This document shows, piece after piece, positions 10,103-18,078 of a stretch of 64,000 nucleotides of DNA (positions are counted from its first letter, which is position 1; each line of letters opens with the position of its first letter). Under the pieces are notes generated by a model, which ran no database searches, was not told where the DNA came from, and saw only the letters and a program-made list of their open reading frames with translations. A program made the position numbers and the translations under genes. This DNA comes from an archaeon GW2011_AR15. Its GTDB lineage: Archaea; Nanobdellota; Nanobdellia; Woesearchaeales; GW2011-AR15. Location of the stretch: contig CP010425.1 of NCBI GenBank assembly GCA_000830295.1, positions 1,093,691 to 1,157,690 on the forward strand, written 5' to 3'.

Positions 10103-11332
10103 ATGGCACCCAAGAAAGAAGAATCAGCTCAGCCGGAAGTCAATATAGGCCTGGTGGGGCATGTGGACCACGGCAAGACAACGCTGACTGAAAAGCTTTC
10201 AGGAAAATGGACAGACACCCATTCCGAAGAGCTGAGGAGAGGGATAACCATCAGGCTGGGATATGCAGACACTGTTTTTGTGAAAGCCGGAAAAGAATAC
10301 ACAACAGAAGAGCTGGCCAAAAAAGCAAAGAAAAAGTATACTGTTCTGAGGAAAGTTTCTTTTGTGGATGCTCCCGGGCACGAGTCACTGATGGCAACAA
10401 TGCTCAGCGGAGCCAATGTGATGGATGGTGCCCTTCTTCTTGTTGCAGCAAACGAGAAGTGCCCACAGCCCCAGACACGGGAGCATCTGATGGCATTAAA
10501 AATAATCGGCATAAAAAATGTTGTCATAGTGCAGAACAAGATTGATATTGTTTCTGATGAAAAAGTCATGGCCAATTACAAGGAGATAAAGGAATTCCTG
10601 AAAGGGACTGATTATGAGGATTCCCCTATAATTCCTATCTCTGCCCAGCACAATATTAATGTGGATGCTGTTATAGAAGCTATTGAAACATACATACCTA
10701 CTCCTAAGAGGAACAGGGATGCTGACCTGAGGATGTTCGTGTCTAGGTCATTCGATATAAACAAGCCAGGCCAGGACATAAGCACACTGAAGGGAGGGGT
10801 GCTTGGAGGGGCAGTGCAGCAGGGGATGATAAAGACCGGAGATACCATTGAAATCAGGCCAGGACAAATTTATGAGGAGGCAAACAGGAAAGTCTGGAAG
10901 CCGATAAAGACCAATGTAAAGAAGATCATGACCGGCAGCAAAGAGATTAAGGAGGCAGGCCCGGGCGGCTCAATAGCCCTTCTTACAGACCTTGACCCGT
11001 CTGTTGTCAAATCAGACAGTTTCACAGGAAATATTGTAGGGTTTGAGGGCAAGCTGCCTGAAGTCTGGGATAACCTTATGCTTGAAGTTCACCTGCTTGA
11101 AAGAGTGGTAGGAACATCAGAGGATGCCAAAGTTGAGCCTCTGAAAATGGGAGAGGTACTTATGCTTAATGTCAACTCAGCTGCGACAGTCGGGGCTGTT
11201 GTAAAATTGGGAAAAAACAGGATAGACTGCAGGCTGAAGCTCCCGGTCTGCGCTGACAGGGGTTCAAGAGTTACAATATCAAGAAGAATCGGCACAAGGT
11301 TCAGGCTTATAGGCTACGGCATAATTTCTTAG
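10103..11332 (+). CDS. eif2g: Translation initiation factor aIF2 gamma subunit
   Basis: GHVDHGKTT, EELRRGITIRLGY, DAPGHESLM, QNKID; start moved to ATG 10103, ~25 nt after TTTATAAA. Confidence 0.96.
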   Translation: MAPKKEESAQPEVNIGLVGHVDHGKTTLTEKLSGKWTDTHSEELRRGITIRLGYADTVFVKAGKEYTTEELAKKAKKKYTVLRKVSFVDAPGHESLMATMLSGANVMDGALLLVAANEKCPQPQTREHLMALKIIGIKNVVIVQNKIDIVSDEKVMANYKEIKEFLKGTDYEDSPIIPISAQHNINVDAVIEAIETYIPTPKRNRDADLRMFVSRSFDINKPGQDISTLKGGVLGGAVQQGMIKTGDTIEIRPGQIYEEANRKVWKPIKTNVKKIMTGSKEIKEAGPGGSIALLTDLDPSVVKSDSFTGNIVGFEGKLPEVWDNLMLEVHLLERVVGTSEDAKVEPLKMGEVLMLNVNSAATVGAVVKLGKNRIDCRLKLPVCADRGSRVTISRRIGTRFRLIGYGIIS

Positions 11333-11336
11333 AACT

Positions 11337-11450
11337 GGAAGCACAAAGAGTTTATCTTGAGAATTTTGAGGTCAGTCGGCGTATCGCCTAGGGCACAGCC
11401 CCTTGTTTTTATTTAGAGCCTCTCTCTCAACAAGACCTTTTTGTGCTTCC
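11337..11450. ncRNA. Candidate structured RNA or long hairpin element (~114 nt), unknown family
   Basis: Ends pair (GGAAGCACAAAGAG / CTTTTTGTGCTTCC, then TTGAGA/TCTCAA and GAGG/CCTC) around hairpins GGCG-TAT-CGCC and GGGC-ACA-GCCC. Confidence 0.45.
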
Positions 11451-11541
11451 TATAGTTTAATATGTTTTCTGCATTTATAAATGTAACCTAAGCAGTCTAG
11501 GTAAAAATGAAAAATATTATATTGTACAATAATAACACAAT

Positions 11542-11919
11542 ATGCAGATGAACCAGCCTGCTTTTGATTATAGTGAGAAAATAATCCCTGAGCTTGATAA
11601 GTTTTCAGCGAGGGTTGATGAGATTGCAGGAGACGACAAGCGCCTCAGGGTATCCGTTGAGATGGAGTCGCTTGAATGGCACACTTCTATGTCAAAAGTG
11701 AAAAGAGAGCTGCTGATCATGGCTACCCAGCTGAAGGAAATGCATAAAAAGATGGAGTCCATGAAAACGGAATTTATAGAAACTGTCATGGATTTCAGGA
11801 CAAAAACAGACAAAGAAAATTTCGAAAAGCTGAAAAGGAAGCTTGAGAGGTTTAATTTTGAAGAATACATGACAAAGGAAGAATTCAGAAAACTTCTAGG
11901 CAAGAGCAGCCCCGAGTGA
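11542..11919 (+). CDS. Hypothetical coiled-coil protein
   Basis: 125-aa charged helical ORF. Confidence 0.65.
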   Translation: MQMNQPAFDYSEKIIPELDKFSARVDEIAGDDKRLRVSVEMESLEWHTSMSKVKRELLIMATQLKEMHKKMESMKTEFIETVMDFRTKTDKENFEKLKRKLERFNFEEYMTKEEFRKLLGKSSPE

Positions 11920-12741
11920 TTTTATAGCCACTTCAATCATGTCATCTGTCGGCTCTTTTGTGGTTATCTTCTGGATGAGCAGGCCAGGGGATATAATTAT
12001 CTTAACCAGGATATTGTCAAAATGCTTTCCTGCAAATTTCAGGAATTCATATGATACTCCTGCAATTACGGGCAGGAGGAGTATCCTGATGCCCAGTCTC
12101 TGGAAATAATTTCCTGCATCTACGAAAGTGAAAAAGACTATTGAAAGCACAAATACAATAAGTATGAAATTTGTGCCGCATCTCGGATGGAGTGTTGAGT
12201 ATTTCTTGACATTTTTTACTGTAAGCTTTTCCTTATTCTCATAGCAGTATACTGTCTTGTGCTCTGCACCATGATACTGGAATATCCTTCTTATATCAGG
12301 GATAAATGAGATTAGCAACAGGTATATCAGGAATATAGCTATCCTTACTATTCCGTCTATCAGGTTCAGCGCTGCTCCTGTGCTGCCTGCAAGGAATCTT
12401 GCGATAAAAAGAGGCGCGGCAAAGAAAAGGAGTATGGTCATTCCTACTGACAGAATAACTGTAAGCGCAATTTCCCATGAGGACATAACCTGGTTATCTT
12501 CTCCCTGGGATTCAAGTGCTGAATATGATATGCTGCTAACACCGATTGAGAGGGTTTCAGCAAACCTGTACACCCCCCTTACTACCGGAATCTTCGGGAA
12601 CCAGTGCTTCGGCTCCTGTATTTTCACTATTTTTGTAGAAATCTTTTTATCGGGCCTTCTTACGCATAGGGCATACTTGTCGCTGGAGCGCATCATGACT
12701 CCCTCAATCAAAGCCTGCCCCCCAATAGTTAGTTCCGGCAT
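11896..12741 (-). CDS. DUF1385 family membrane protein
   Basis: GGQALIEGVMM, FQYHGAEHK, HPRCGTNF, TTKEP; start set at ATG 12741. Confidence 0.9.
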   Translation of the reverse strand: MPELTIGGQALIEGVMMRSSDKYALCVRRPDKKISTKIVKIQEPKHWFPKIPVVRGVYRFAETLSIGVSSISYSALESQGEDNQVMSSWEIALTVILSVGMTILLFFAAPLFIARFLAGSTGAALNLIDGIVRIAIFLIYLLLISFIPDIRRIFQYHGAEHKTVYCYENKEKLTVKNVKKYSTLHPRCGTNFILIVFVLSIVFFTFVDAGNYFQRLGIRILLLPVIAGVSYEFLKFAGKHFDNILVKIIISPGLLIQKITTKEPTDDMIEVAIKSLGAALA

Positions 12742-12828
12742 CGCAAAAGGAATAGACGCCAAATATATAAATTTACTTAAAAAGGCTTAAGATATATAAA
12801 GAAAGCGAGATTCACCCAAAACACTAGA

Positions 12829-12840
12829 GGGGCTATGGTG
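12829..12840 (+). repeat. Direct repeat of the tRNA-Pro(GGG) 5' end
   Basis: GGGGCTATGGTG identical to 12919-12930, 90 bp upstream. Confidence 0.85.
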
Positions 12841-12918
12841 CAACTGCTATGCGTCAGTTGGCACCGCATGTGCGACATGCGCCTTTTCCAAAGGCTTAAT
12901 CCCACTAAAAGAAAATAA

Positions 12919-12991
12919 GGGGCTATGGTGTAGCTTGGTATCACACAAGGCTGGGGGTCTTGTAACCGCAGTTCGAATCTGCGTAGCCCCA
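12919..12991 (+). tRNA. tRNA-Pro (GGG)
   Basis: Acceptor GGGGCTA/TAGCCCC, anticodon arm CAAGG-CTGGGGG-TCTTG, T arm CGCAG-TTCGAAT-CTGCG; CCA not encoded. Confidence 0.95.
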
Positions 12992-13064
12992 TTTTTTCGT
13001 TCTGTTAGCCTGCTAACAGGACTGGGCCTGTTTGGCTCAAGCGTTTCTTAAAGGCTTGGTTTGT

Positions 13065-13080
13065 AATCTGCGTAGCCCCA
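13065..13080 (+). repeat. Direct repeat of the tRNA-Pro(GGG) 3' end
   Basis: AATCTGCGTAGCCCCA identical to 12976-12991. Confidence 0.9.
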
Positions 13081-13110
13081 CATTATTTATCGTTAACTTA
13101 ATAATACACT

Positions 13111-13137
13111 GGGTTGGTAAGGGTGAAACCCTTACGT
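13111..13137. repeat. Dispersed palindromic hairpin repeat (second copy at 39742-39768)
   Basis: GGGTTGGTAAGGGTGAAACCCTTACGT vs GGGATGATAAGGGTGAAACCCTTATGT, 24/27 identical. Confidence 0.85.
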
Positions 13138-13164
13138 CAAAAAAATATAGTGCTGTCTTTCTTA

Positions 13165-13446
13165 CTATTCATCTACAGTAAACAATTTAGAATCCTTAAC
13201 TTTAAACAGGCCGATCCTCGCGCCGGCATCCAGCCAGCCATGCGCATAGTTAAGGGCGGCAAATGCAGTGACCTTATCTCCCTTGCTGCGGAAATGCCCT
13301 GCATCGCTGAAATATCTTGAGGCCATATCAAAGAAATCCTCTGCCTCTTTTCTCCTCTCAGGATCAAACCTGCCTTCAGCCATTTTCAGGGCCTTTTCTG
13401 TGACTGAAAAATATCTTTTCAGCTTTTCATCTGTTATCCTATCCAT
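13165..13446 (-). CDS. DUF357 family protein
   Basis: MASRYFSDAGHF...AFAALNYAHGWLDAGARIG. Confidence 0.9.
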   Translation of the reverse strand: MDRITDEKLKRYFSVTEKALKMAEGRFDPERRKEAEDFFDMASRYFSDAGHFRSKGDKVTAFAALNYAHGWLDAGARIGLFKVKDSKLFTVDE

Positions 13447-13587
13447 CTGCTGAGGGATATATTCATGCTTTATTTATTTTATCATGTGTACTTATTTACA
13501 TTTTAGTATACTTTTTTCCATATTAATATACAAAAAATAGATAAATTTAAATACCTGTGTGATATATCCATAAATTCTGATAGTTAT

Positions 13588-14088
13588 ATGGATCAAAAAA
13601 AAGCATACCGAAAAATTGCTATCACTCTTTTCCTAGTCCTCGGCCTGCTGGTCGTGGTATTTGCAGCCATGCTCCTCTTTAATGTAACTGACTACGGAAT
13701 AACCATTGCATCATTCGGCGCAACAGTCATGATGATACTTTCAAAAAAGAAAGTTGAAAACAGGAAAATAATCGGGGCATATATAGCAGCCTCTGTAATC
13801 GGGTTTATCATGGCAAGAGTCCCAGGCTCAGTACTGTTTAATGTTGCCGTCGCTGGTGTAGCCTCAGTAATAGCAATGACTGTCTTGGAAATGCAGCATG
13901 CTCCTGCAATAGGTATTGCCATAGCAATGGTCCTTAACAATTTCTCATTCTGGACTGACGTGACTATAATATTTTCAATACTCCTTATCATCGGCATGGC
14001 TATGATACTGAAGTCATTCATCAGGAATCCTGAGAGAATACTGAACTTTGTGAAAATAGAAACAGAAAAGATAAACTGGGATTTCTAA
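13588..14088 (+). CDS. HPP family membrane protein
   Basis: Multiple TM segments, IASFGAT and HAPA motifs. Confidence 0.7.
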   Translation: MDQKKAYRKIAITLFLVLGLLVVVFAAMLLFNVTDYGITIASFGATVMMILSKKKVENRKIIGAYIAASVIGFIMARVPGSVLFNVAVAGVASVIAMTVLEMQHAPAIGIAIAMVLNNFSFWTDVTIIFSILLIIGMAMILKSFIRNPERILNFVKIETEKINWDF

Positions 14089-14126
14089 GAAAAATATATA
14101 AAACCCAACATTAATCAATAAGAATT

Positions 14127-14543
14127 ATGAAACAAGACCAGCTCCTGTTTTCATCGCTTTTCGCGGTTTTTTTTGGATTCCTTATATTCATACTCTCCAT
14201 AATGAACCAGGGCCTCAGGCTTATTGCCATATTCACAACATATTATGTGCTCTTTCTCCTCCTTGGGCTTGTGATAATGCTAACCGGCTTTGTATTCATG
14301 CTCATATGGCATGTAAGCAACAGGCAGCCCTTTGAGGATAAGGAAAATAAGAGAGAAAGCTTCTACGGGTATCTTGCACTGGGAATATTCTCACTGACAA
14401 TGGGCTTCCTTTACATGTTCTATTTCCATGACAGGAACACGACACTGTATTATGTTTTCATTTTCGTAAGCATCGGGGGAATAGCCCTGCTGGTAAAAGG
14501 CCTGAAAAATTTCTATATTAATGTTATCGAAAAAAAGATATGA
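14127..14543 (+). CDS. Hypothetical 4-TM membrane protein
   Basis: Four hydrophobic stretches. Confidence 0.7.
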   Translation: MKQDQLLFSSLFAVFFGFLIFILSIMNQGLRLIAIFTTYYVLFLLLGLVIMLTGFVFMLIWHVSNRQPFEDKENKRESFYGYLALGIFSLTMGFLYMFYFHDRNTTLYYVFIFVSIGGIALLVKGLKNFYINVIEKKI

Positions 14544-15330
14544 CATTGCTGAAATTCATCTTGACATAATCTGCCGGATCGAGTGATTTTTTCTTCAGCT
14601 CAAGCAGCCCTGATTCCACATTCGTGCTGCCGAAAGGAATGAAGAAACCTGCCTTGTGCTCAAGTTCCCTTATCTGTATCAGGGCAAAATACCTAGCAAT
14701 AATTGATGCCGCAGAAACTTCAGGGTATTTTGAATCCGCGTTCTTCTCCCTGATGTCCCCTACTGAGCAGCCGGGATACAAGTCAACTATATGAATAGCT
14801 TTTTTTGAAAGCTTGTTATAGCATTTAAGGTGGAGATTATCAAGAAGTTTTGTTGTGTTATTTTTTGCTATCATCGCATTGTATTCTCTTGGATATAAGG
14901 ATTCAACATGATAGTTCTTCGGGTATCTCCCGATAAGCTCTTCCCCCAGTTTCACTATCTGCGGCTTGAGCAGTTTTTTTGAGTCTTTTACGCCGAGTCC
15001 TTTAAGCTCCTTCCGTATCGTGTCATCTGCCATGAATGCCGCAACAACAATGCCACCGAACGTGTCTCCCTTCAGGGTTTCATCTGAACCGACTGACATA
15101 GGCCTGGATTTCTCTTTCTTTATTGCTCCTGTAAAAAGAAGAAGTTTCTCTGCCTCTGCTGTATTCTCCTTTTTGCCCTGCACAAGCAGCTTTCCCGTCT
15201 TGTAAAGGATTATGCTGCAGCTGCCGGAAAGCCTTATCTCCTCATGCTTTGATTTCGGCTTTTCCTCTTTAAATCCGTATTTTTTTATTTTTTTCAGGCC
15301 GGTTTTAGTCACATTGTCAAAGCTTGCCAT
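14524..15330 (-). CDS. Ribonuclease HIII-like protein (TBP-like N-domain plus RNase H2-type catalytic domain)
   Basis: ILYKTGKLLVQGK N-domain; GSDETLKGDTFG, GVKDSKKL, VSAASIIAR. Confidence 0.8.
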   Translation of the reverse strand: MASFDNVTKTGLKKIKKYGFKEEKPKSKHEEIRLSGSCSIILYKTGKLLVQGKKENTAEAEKLLLFTGAIKKEKSRPMSVGSDETLKGDTFGGIVVAAFMADDTIRKELKGLGVKDSKKLLKPQIVKLGEELIGRYPKNYHVESLYPREYNAMIAKNNTTKLLDNLHLKCYNKLSKKAIHIVDLYPGCSVGDIREKNADSKYPEVSAASIIARYFALIQIRELEHKAGFFIPFGSTNVESGLLELKKKSLDPADYVKMNFSNVISFFR

Positions 15331-15332
15331 TA

Positions 15333-15809
15333 TTATCCACTCTTCCCCTGGAAATCCTCATCTATAGCCTTAAGGTATTCCCTGAGCCTTTCAATAATGC
15401 TGGGCACAAGGAACCTCTCTATTTTTTCCCTGAATATGTCCTGGAGAGGAGAGAATTCGCTTATCCTGTATTCATTTTTGACCTTTTCCACAATAAGGAC
15501 TTTCCTCAGCCTTCTTACCTGCCTTCTTATGTTTGAGGCAGCTGCTCCTGCATCACCCAGCTTATATTCTTTTCTGAATGCCAGCACTTCATCCCTTATC
15601 CCGTCAGAAGAAAGCAGCTTATTTTCCTTTCTTGCCTCAAGCAATACATAAAGGACATCAACCACTATATCCCTTGAATCGCCCGGGTTGAGAAGCCCGA
15701 GGCTGAGGCATAATTTCCTTACAAGCTCCCTGCTGTTAAGATTATAGGGCTTTTCATATCTCCTTAATGTGATTTCTGCTAAGGGTGTGTCTACCTGCTT
15801 GGATTGCAT
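15333..15809 (-). CDS. Conserved hypothetical protein, probable winged HTH
   Basis: LRRYEKP, CLSLGLLNPGDSRD, SNIRRQVRRL helix followed by a beta-hairpin. Confidence 0.7.
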   Translation of the reverse strand: MQSKQVDTPLAEITLRRYEKPYNLNSRELVRKLCLSLGLLNPGDSRDIVVDVLYVLLEARKENKLLSSDGIRDEVLAFRKEYKLGDAGAAASNIRRQVRRLRKVLIVEKVKNEYRISEFSPLQDIFREKIERFLVPSIIERLREYLKAIDEDFQGKSG

Positions 15810-15858
15810 GATTAAATATTTTAATCATAAGTTTATAAATATTTTGGAACTCCAGAAG

Positions 15859-16161
15859 TCAGTTATCAAAGCTGCCGCCCGGCCTGCTTGCTTCCAGCCT
15901 GTACACATCCGGGCTATTTATTAAATCAGGCAGTTCTGCATAAGGCATGCCAATTGCATATATCCCGCCTATTCTACCCATTTTGCCTTTAAAATCCAGT
16001 CCGGATTTTGCCCGCATAAGAAAATGAACTTTTGTTGTATTCAGGTCAATGCCCGGATCTTTTGTCATGAGGATATGGTACTGGTGCATCATGTACGGGT
16101 CAACTTTCGGGGATTTAAGTGCCTCTTCAATTTTCTCCTTCAGAGAAGTTTGGTCCTGCAT
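15859..16161 (-). CDS. Small hypothetical protein, resembling a subtilase propeptide/inhibitor fold
   Basis: IGGIYAIGMPYAELPDLINSPDVYRLEAS pattern; TATA upstream. Confidence 0.5.
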   Translation of the reverse strand: MQDQTSLKEKIEEALKSPKVDPYMMHQYHILMTKDPGIDLNTTKVHFLMRAKSGLDFKGKMGRIGGIYAIGMPYAELPDLINSPDVYRLEASRPGGSFDN

Positions 16162-16240
16162 AGTTTCATTAATAAAACTAGTTTATATTTAAATTTTGTT
16201 AGCTACATTTTTATATAACATTGTATTCTTCTTTTCCTCT

Positions 16241-16441
16241 ATGGGGGACTATATTGATGCTTATGACCATGAAATTTATAGCAGGATCCTCTACAGGCAT
16301 GCGCTTGAAAGGGACCCTGTAACTGCTGCAGAGATTGCAAAGATGGCAGGATTGACAGGAGACCAAATTTCTAATATCAAATACGTTGGAAACGGTCAGA
16401 TCCATGCTGATATAAATCTTGAAAGAAGAGTTAGGGAGTAA
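16241..16441 (+). CDS. Small hypothetical protein
   Basis: ATG 16241 ~25 nt after TTTATATA; 66 aa. Confidence 0.5.
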   Translation: MGDYIDAYDHEIYSRILYRHALERDPVTAAEIAKMAGLTGDQISNIKYVGNGQIHADINLERRVRE

Positions 16442-16477
16442 GTCTTAGAAAACTTTAAGTATAACAATCTCATTGGA

Positions 16478-17257
16478 ATGGAAATGATTAATAGGCATAC
16501 AGGCATTGTTGCAGTTCTCATTGCCGGCGGAATTGTTCTCGCAGCATGTGCTTCTCCGGCACCTCAGCCTACTGTTACATTAGAGCCAACGGTAGCTTAT
16601 ACTGCAGCACCAACGGTAGCTTATACTGCAGCACCAACGGTAATCCCCACATCCACTCCAATGAATCTTCCGGTCAGAGATGCCATATCTGAAGCAAGAA
16701 CTGGTTTAATTAAGTCGTTTCAGGAAAATGGTGGCTATTTACTAGAAAGCGATTATGAGAACCATGTTGATGAAGAAATAAGGAGAACAGGACTTAATCC
16801 TAAAGAATGCAGTCCACTTGACTCTTGGATTTATTATGAACTTTTTTCAAACTCTCTCAGCATTGATAAAAAAATTGGCGCGGATGAAGATGCCCAATAT
16901 TACATCTATGATTATTCCGGCCTTCCAGAGAATGTTGAAAGAGCATCAATTAGATACGACAATTTGAGAGATGGACTTGAAGATTATTTATCTAAATTTA
17001 TGGGTGATGGGCCAATCCATATAATTGTCCTCATGGATATAGTAAGAGGGTATGTTGAGAGGACTAGCGACTATAAAGCATCAGAGCTTTGGAAAACTGA
17101 GCTTTGGGGAAGGCTGACATTGGATATGCGAGATGAATTATACGATGGAAAGGTTGAAGGGCTTCTAGAATTTAATTTTCCCCCTTATGTATGTGGGGTG
17201 CCATCTGATGAAATAAGAAATACCTTCAGAGAGTTGACTCCGACAGAGCAACCATAA
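16478..17257 (+). CDS. Putative lipoprotein with Pro/Thr-rich linker
   Basis: Hydrophobic signal ending in lipobox LAAC; PTVAYTAA repeats. Confidence 0.7.
   Translation: MEMINRHTGIVAVLIAGGIVLAACASPAPQPTVTLEPTVAYTAAPTVAYTAAPTVIPTSTPMNLPVRDAISEARTGLIKSFQENGGYLLESDYENHVDEEIRRTGLNPKECSPLDSWIYYELFSNSLSIDKKIGADEDAQYYIYDYSGLPENVERASIRYDNLRDGLEDYLSKFMGDGPIHIIVLMDIVRGYVERTSDYKASELWKTELWGRLTLDMRDELYDGKVEGLLEFNFPPYVCGVPSDEIRNTFRELTPTEQP
16586..16642 (+). repeat. 24-bp in-frame tandem repeat (~2.4 copies)
   Basis: CCAACGGTAGCTTATACTGCAGCA x2 followed by CCAACGGTA. Confidence 0.9.
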
Positions 17258-17334
17258 CTCTTTTTATCTTTTAATCACAAACTTTATAAAGCATCTCCTA
17301 ATCCAGAAAGTATACATTTTCGAGGTGTTATGAT

Positions 17335-17559
17335 ATGGAAAGCGCAAGACCACTGGATGCCCTTAACAAGGCAAGGAATAAAAGGGTAATAGTTGATTTA
17401 AAGAACGGCAAGCAGCTTGCGGGCAAGCTGAATGCTTTTGATATCCATATCAATGTTGTCCTTGATGAAACAGAAGAAATGGTTGACGGGCAGGTCAGCA
17501 GGAAGCTAGGCACTGTATTCATAAGAGGGGACACAATAATCCTGATTTCTGCAGAATAA
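17335..17559 (+). CDS. Sm-like (Lsm/SmAP) protein
   Basis: RPLDAL, GKLNAFDIHINVVL, FIRGDTI; upstream of rpl37e. Confidence 0.95.
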   Translation: MESARPLDALNKARNKRVIVDLKNGKQLAGKLNAFDIHINVVLDETEEMVDGQVSRKLGTVFIRGDTIILISAE

Positions 17560-17569
17560 GTGAGTTAAC

Positions 17570-17752
17570 ATGACAAAAGGAACGCCATCAATGGGTAAGA
17601 AGTCCGGTAAGACTACCCACATAAGGTGCAGGAGATGCGGACAGAAGACATACCACAGGAGAAAAAACAACTGCAGCTCATGCGGCTATGGCGTTTCCCC
17701 AAGGATAAGATCGTACGCCTGGATGAAAAAGAAAAAGCTCACACATTCTTAA
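17570..17752 (+). CDS. rpl37e: 50S ribosomal protein L37e
   Basis: [24 protein letters not shown]. Confidence 0.96.
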   Translation: MTKGTPSMGKKSGKTTHIRCRRCGQKTYHRRKNNCSSCGYGVSPRIRSYAWMKKKKLTHS

Positions 17753-17832
17753 TTACTCTTTTCCTGCTATTTCAGTAAAATATTTAAAAGAAGTAAAAGT
17801 TCATTCATACACCCGGCGGAATCTATGTTTAT

Positions 17833-17968
17833 GCGGAGGTGCCGGAGCGGTCAAACGGGACAGGCTTAGGTCAGTCCAACACTATTAAGGTGTGCTGAGG
17901 CGAAAGCCGATGAATGTAAGACACCTGTTAGCTTAGTGCTTACCCAGGTTCGAATCCTGGCCTCCGCA
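17833..17968 (+). tRNA. tRNA-Leu (TAG) with a 52-nt intron (17871-17922) at canonical position 37/38
   Basis: Acceptor GCGGAGG/CCTCCGC, ACAGG/CCTGT anticodon stem, long variable arm, TTCGAAT loop; BHB with central helix CTTA/TAAG and bulges GGT and ACA. Confidence 0.92.
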
Positions 17969-18043
17969 CTTTTCTTTATGTGTGCTTGACGAACAGAGTG
18001 AGGAAACACACAGCTCCATCAATGCTGATAAGGATTGGTGGGT

Positions 18044-18058
18044 ATCCTGGCCTCCGCA
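18044..18058 (+). repeat. Direct repeat of the tRNA-Leu 3' end
   Basis: ATCCTGGCCTCCGCA identical to 17954-17968, followed by a T-tract. Confidence 0.9.
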
Positions 18059-18078
18059 TTTTTTATTCTAAAATTATG

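Noticed and set aside
12829-13137. CRISPR array or split/trans-spliced tRNA halves
   Set aside because: Only two copies per repeat, the repeats are tRNA ends, no cas genes are present, and the fragments are 12-16 nt with no BHB-forming leaders
15859-16161. Possible ubiquitin-like modifier for the E1/JAMM pair (ends RPGG-SFDN)
   Set aside because: The sequence pattern fits a propeptide-like fold better than a beta-grasp, and it is 3 kb away on the other strand; only a structure prediction could revive it
17979-18015. Hammerhead-like words CTTGACGA...GAAAC after tRNA-Leu
   Set aside because: The core is not CUGANGA, and the flanks pair with each other (TGTGTG/CACACA), leaving no stem I/III or cleavage triplet
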